24,000 nt of DNA from Halarchaeum rubridurum (GTDB lineage: Archaea; Halobacteriota; Halobacteria; Halobacteriales; Halobacteriaceae), in contig NZ_BMOO01000001.1 of NCBI RefSeq assembly GCF_014647115.1, forward strand, positions 582,919-606,918, read 5' to 3'. The notes under the pieces were generated by a model that did no database searches, had not been told where the DNA came from, and saw nothing but the letters and a program-made list of their open reading frames with translations. The translations under genes were made by a program, and so were the position numbers. This document shows, piece by piece, positions 22,513-24,000 of the stretch. The stretch's first letter is position 1. Every line of letters begins with the position of its first letter.

Positions 22513-24000
22513 ATGGACTTGGAGGACGTGCCCGGCGTCGGCGCGAAGACGGCCGAGCGGCTCCGCGAACTCGACGACCCGGCGGGGGCGCTCGAACGCG
22601 AGGACGTCGCGGCCGTGGCGTCCGCGCCCGGCATCTCGACGGGCCGCGCGGCGCGTATCGTCCGCGGCGCGATCCGGGCGCGCCACGACGACCCCGGTGG
22701 CTTCCTCGCCACCGACCGCGCCCGCGAGGTGTACGACGCGGTGCTCGCGCTGTTGCAGGAGCGCGCGACGACGGCGTACGCGGAGCACCGCCTGGCGACG
22801 CTCTACCCGACGGCGTCGGCCTCCCGAATCGAGGAGGTCGCGGCGTTCGCGGAGCGAGCGCGCGAGCGGTCGCTCGACCCGGCGGTGCGGGAGGCGCTCA
22901 CCGATGTCGAGCCGATCACGCGGCCGGACGGCGTCACCGTCCGGGATCGCTGTCTCGCCACCGCCGACGCCGAGACGTATCAGGCGGCGACGGCGGCGTT
23001 CCCCGAACTTCCGGTGGAGATCGTGGACGACGCGCGCGGACTCGCGGACCTCGCGCGGGGCTACTCGTCCGTGGTCGCGCTCGACGAGGCGTTCGCGGGC
23101 GTCGCCATCGACGGGGACGTGACGGTCGACCCGAACGCGTTCGACCACCCGGCGGAGCACGTCCCGGAGCGCGCGCTCGCGTTCTTCGCGACGAACCGGG
23201 CGTCGCTGCGCGCGGCCGCGACGGTTCACCGACGCGCGGGGATGGACGCACCGGTGGACCTCGACGAACTGGAGGGCGCGCTCGCCGACCTCGCGGCGGA
23301 CGGAAGCGTCGCGGGCGACGACGAGCTGGAGCGCTTGAGCGTCGCCGTCGACGACCTCGACGCCGCGGTCTCGACCGCGGAGTCGGTGGCGAACGACCGC
23401 CTCCGGGAGGCAATCGAGGAGCGCGACGTCACCATCGAGGGGGCGGACCTCCTCTCGCTCGTCGAGCGCGGCGCGGGCGTGGACTCGCTGCTCTCGCGCG
23501 AACTCGCCGACGAGTACGCGGAGGCGGTGACGGCGGCGCGCGAGCACGTCGCGGACGCGCTCGCGCTCCGGGACGACGAGGCGGACCTCGCGGTGCGAAT
23601 CTTCGGCGACGAGCCGACGTACCCCGTGGAACGCCGCGATGAGGCCGTCTCACGCCTCCGCGAGGAGCTCGTCGCGGAGCGGGACCGACGCGCCGCGAAG
23701 CGAAAGCGCGACCTCGCGGCGCGCCTCGCGGACCTCCGGGCGGGCGCGAGCGACCTCGTGCGGGACGCCCTCGAACTCGACGTCGAGCTCGCCGTCGCGC
23801 GCTTCTGTGCGGACTTCGACTGCGCGCCCGCGACGCGTGGCGGTGCGGGCTTCGACATCGAGAGCGGGCGCTCGCCGCTCCTCGACGTGCCGTTCGACGA
23901 GGTCGAGCCCGTCGATTACGGCGTCGATGGCGTCGCGCTCCTCTCCGGGGTGAACTCCGGGGGGAAGACGAGCACGCTCGACCTCGTCGCGGTCGTCGTC
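22513..24000 (+). CDS. Archaeal MutS-like (MutS2-type) ATPase with an N-terminal helix-hairpin-helix; 3' part lies right of the window
   Basis: Not in the ORF track because there is no stop in the window. My translation gives MDLEDVPGVGAKTAERLRELDDP... and ends ...LLSGVNSGGKTSTLDLVAVVV (MutS-type Walker A). It is in frame from ATG 22513; the upstream ATG 22492 is an alternative start. Track ORFs 22395..23642 + and 22504..23547 - are off-frame or antisense shadows. Confidence 0.8.
   Translation, partial: MDLEDVPGVGAKTAERLRELDDPAGALEREDVAAVASAPGISTGRAARIVRGAIRARHDDPGGFLATDRAREVYDAVLALLQERATTAYAEHRLATLYPTASASRIEEVAAFAERARERSLDPAVREALTDVEPITRPDGVTVRDRCLATADAETYQAATAAFPELPVEIVDDARGLADLARGYSSVVALDEAFAGVAIDGDVTVDPNAFDHPAEHVPERALAFFATNRASLRAAATVHRRAGMDAPVDLDELEGALADLAADGSVAGDDELERLSVAVDDLDAAVSTAESVANDRLREAIEERDVTIEGADLLSLVERGAGVDSLLSRELADEYAEAVTAAREHVADALALRDDEADLAVRIFGDEPTYPVERRDEAVSRLREELVAERDRRAAKRKRDLAARLADLRAGASDLVRDALELDVELAVARFCADFDCAPATRGGAGFDIESGRSPLLDVPFDEVEPVDYGVDGVALLSGVNSGGKTSTLDLVAVVV

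Noticed and set aside
22395-23642. 415-aa plus-strand ORF and the 347-aa minus-strand ORF (22504..23547)
   Set aside because: They are the off-frame and antisense readings of the MutS-like gene. The real frame (22513 onward) has no stop to the window edge, has halophilic composition, and ends in a Walker A motif.

Overview
High-GC (roughly 68-70% by eye) chromosomal segment from a haloarchaeon (class Halobacteria, Halobacterium-like). Supporting signs are acidic proteins, GC3-rich codons, long Arg-rich antisense shadow ORFs, and TATA-like boxes about 27 nt upstream of many start codons (leaderless-type promoters). Most of the window is ordinary core genome: partial THUMP tRNA methylase, TBP, hisG, mtaD-ahcY (SAH/MTA salvage), Usp, an FNT channel, Hjc resolvase, a SWIM zinc-finger protein, primase PriL, archaetidylserine decarboxylase, a family-4 UDG, PCNA, an FAD oxidoreductase, RlmE-TRAM, RHH-YhhQ, the divergent TatCt/TatCo pair, a PP-loop (LarE-like) ATPase and a partial MutS-like ATPase. 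I recognised no rRNA, tRNA or CRISPR array, and I do not see a convincing novel multi-gene protein system. The unusual material is mostly non-coding. (1) A 314-bp element with composite inverted repeats and co-varying hairpins lies between tatCo and the PP-loop gene. (2) Next to it, a 73-bp near-perfect duplication copies the 3' end of the PP-loop gene. (3) Tandem repeats start exactly at the mtaD and ahcY stop codons; the ahcY repeat carries fully compensated hairpin substitutions. (4) Perfect GC-rich hairpins, mostly with 3-nt loops, recur just after stop codons. (5) A lower-GC islet carries a free-standing LAGLIDADG-like endonuclease and a small PhiH1-repressor-like wHTH gene around one strong TATA box with operator-like repeats. 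All functional calls come from remembered family motifs and my own reading of the sequence; no database search was run.
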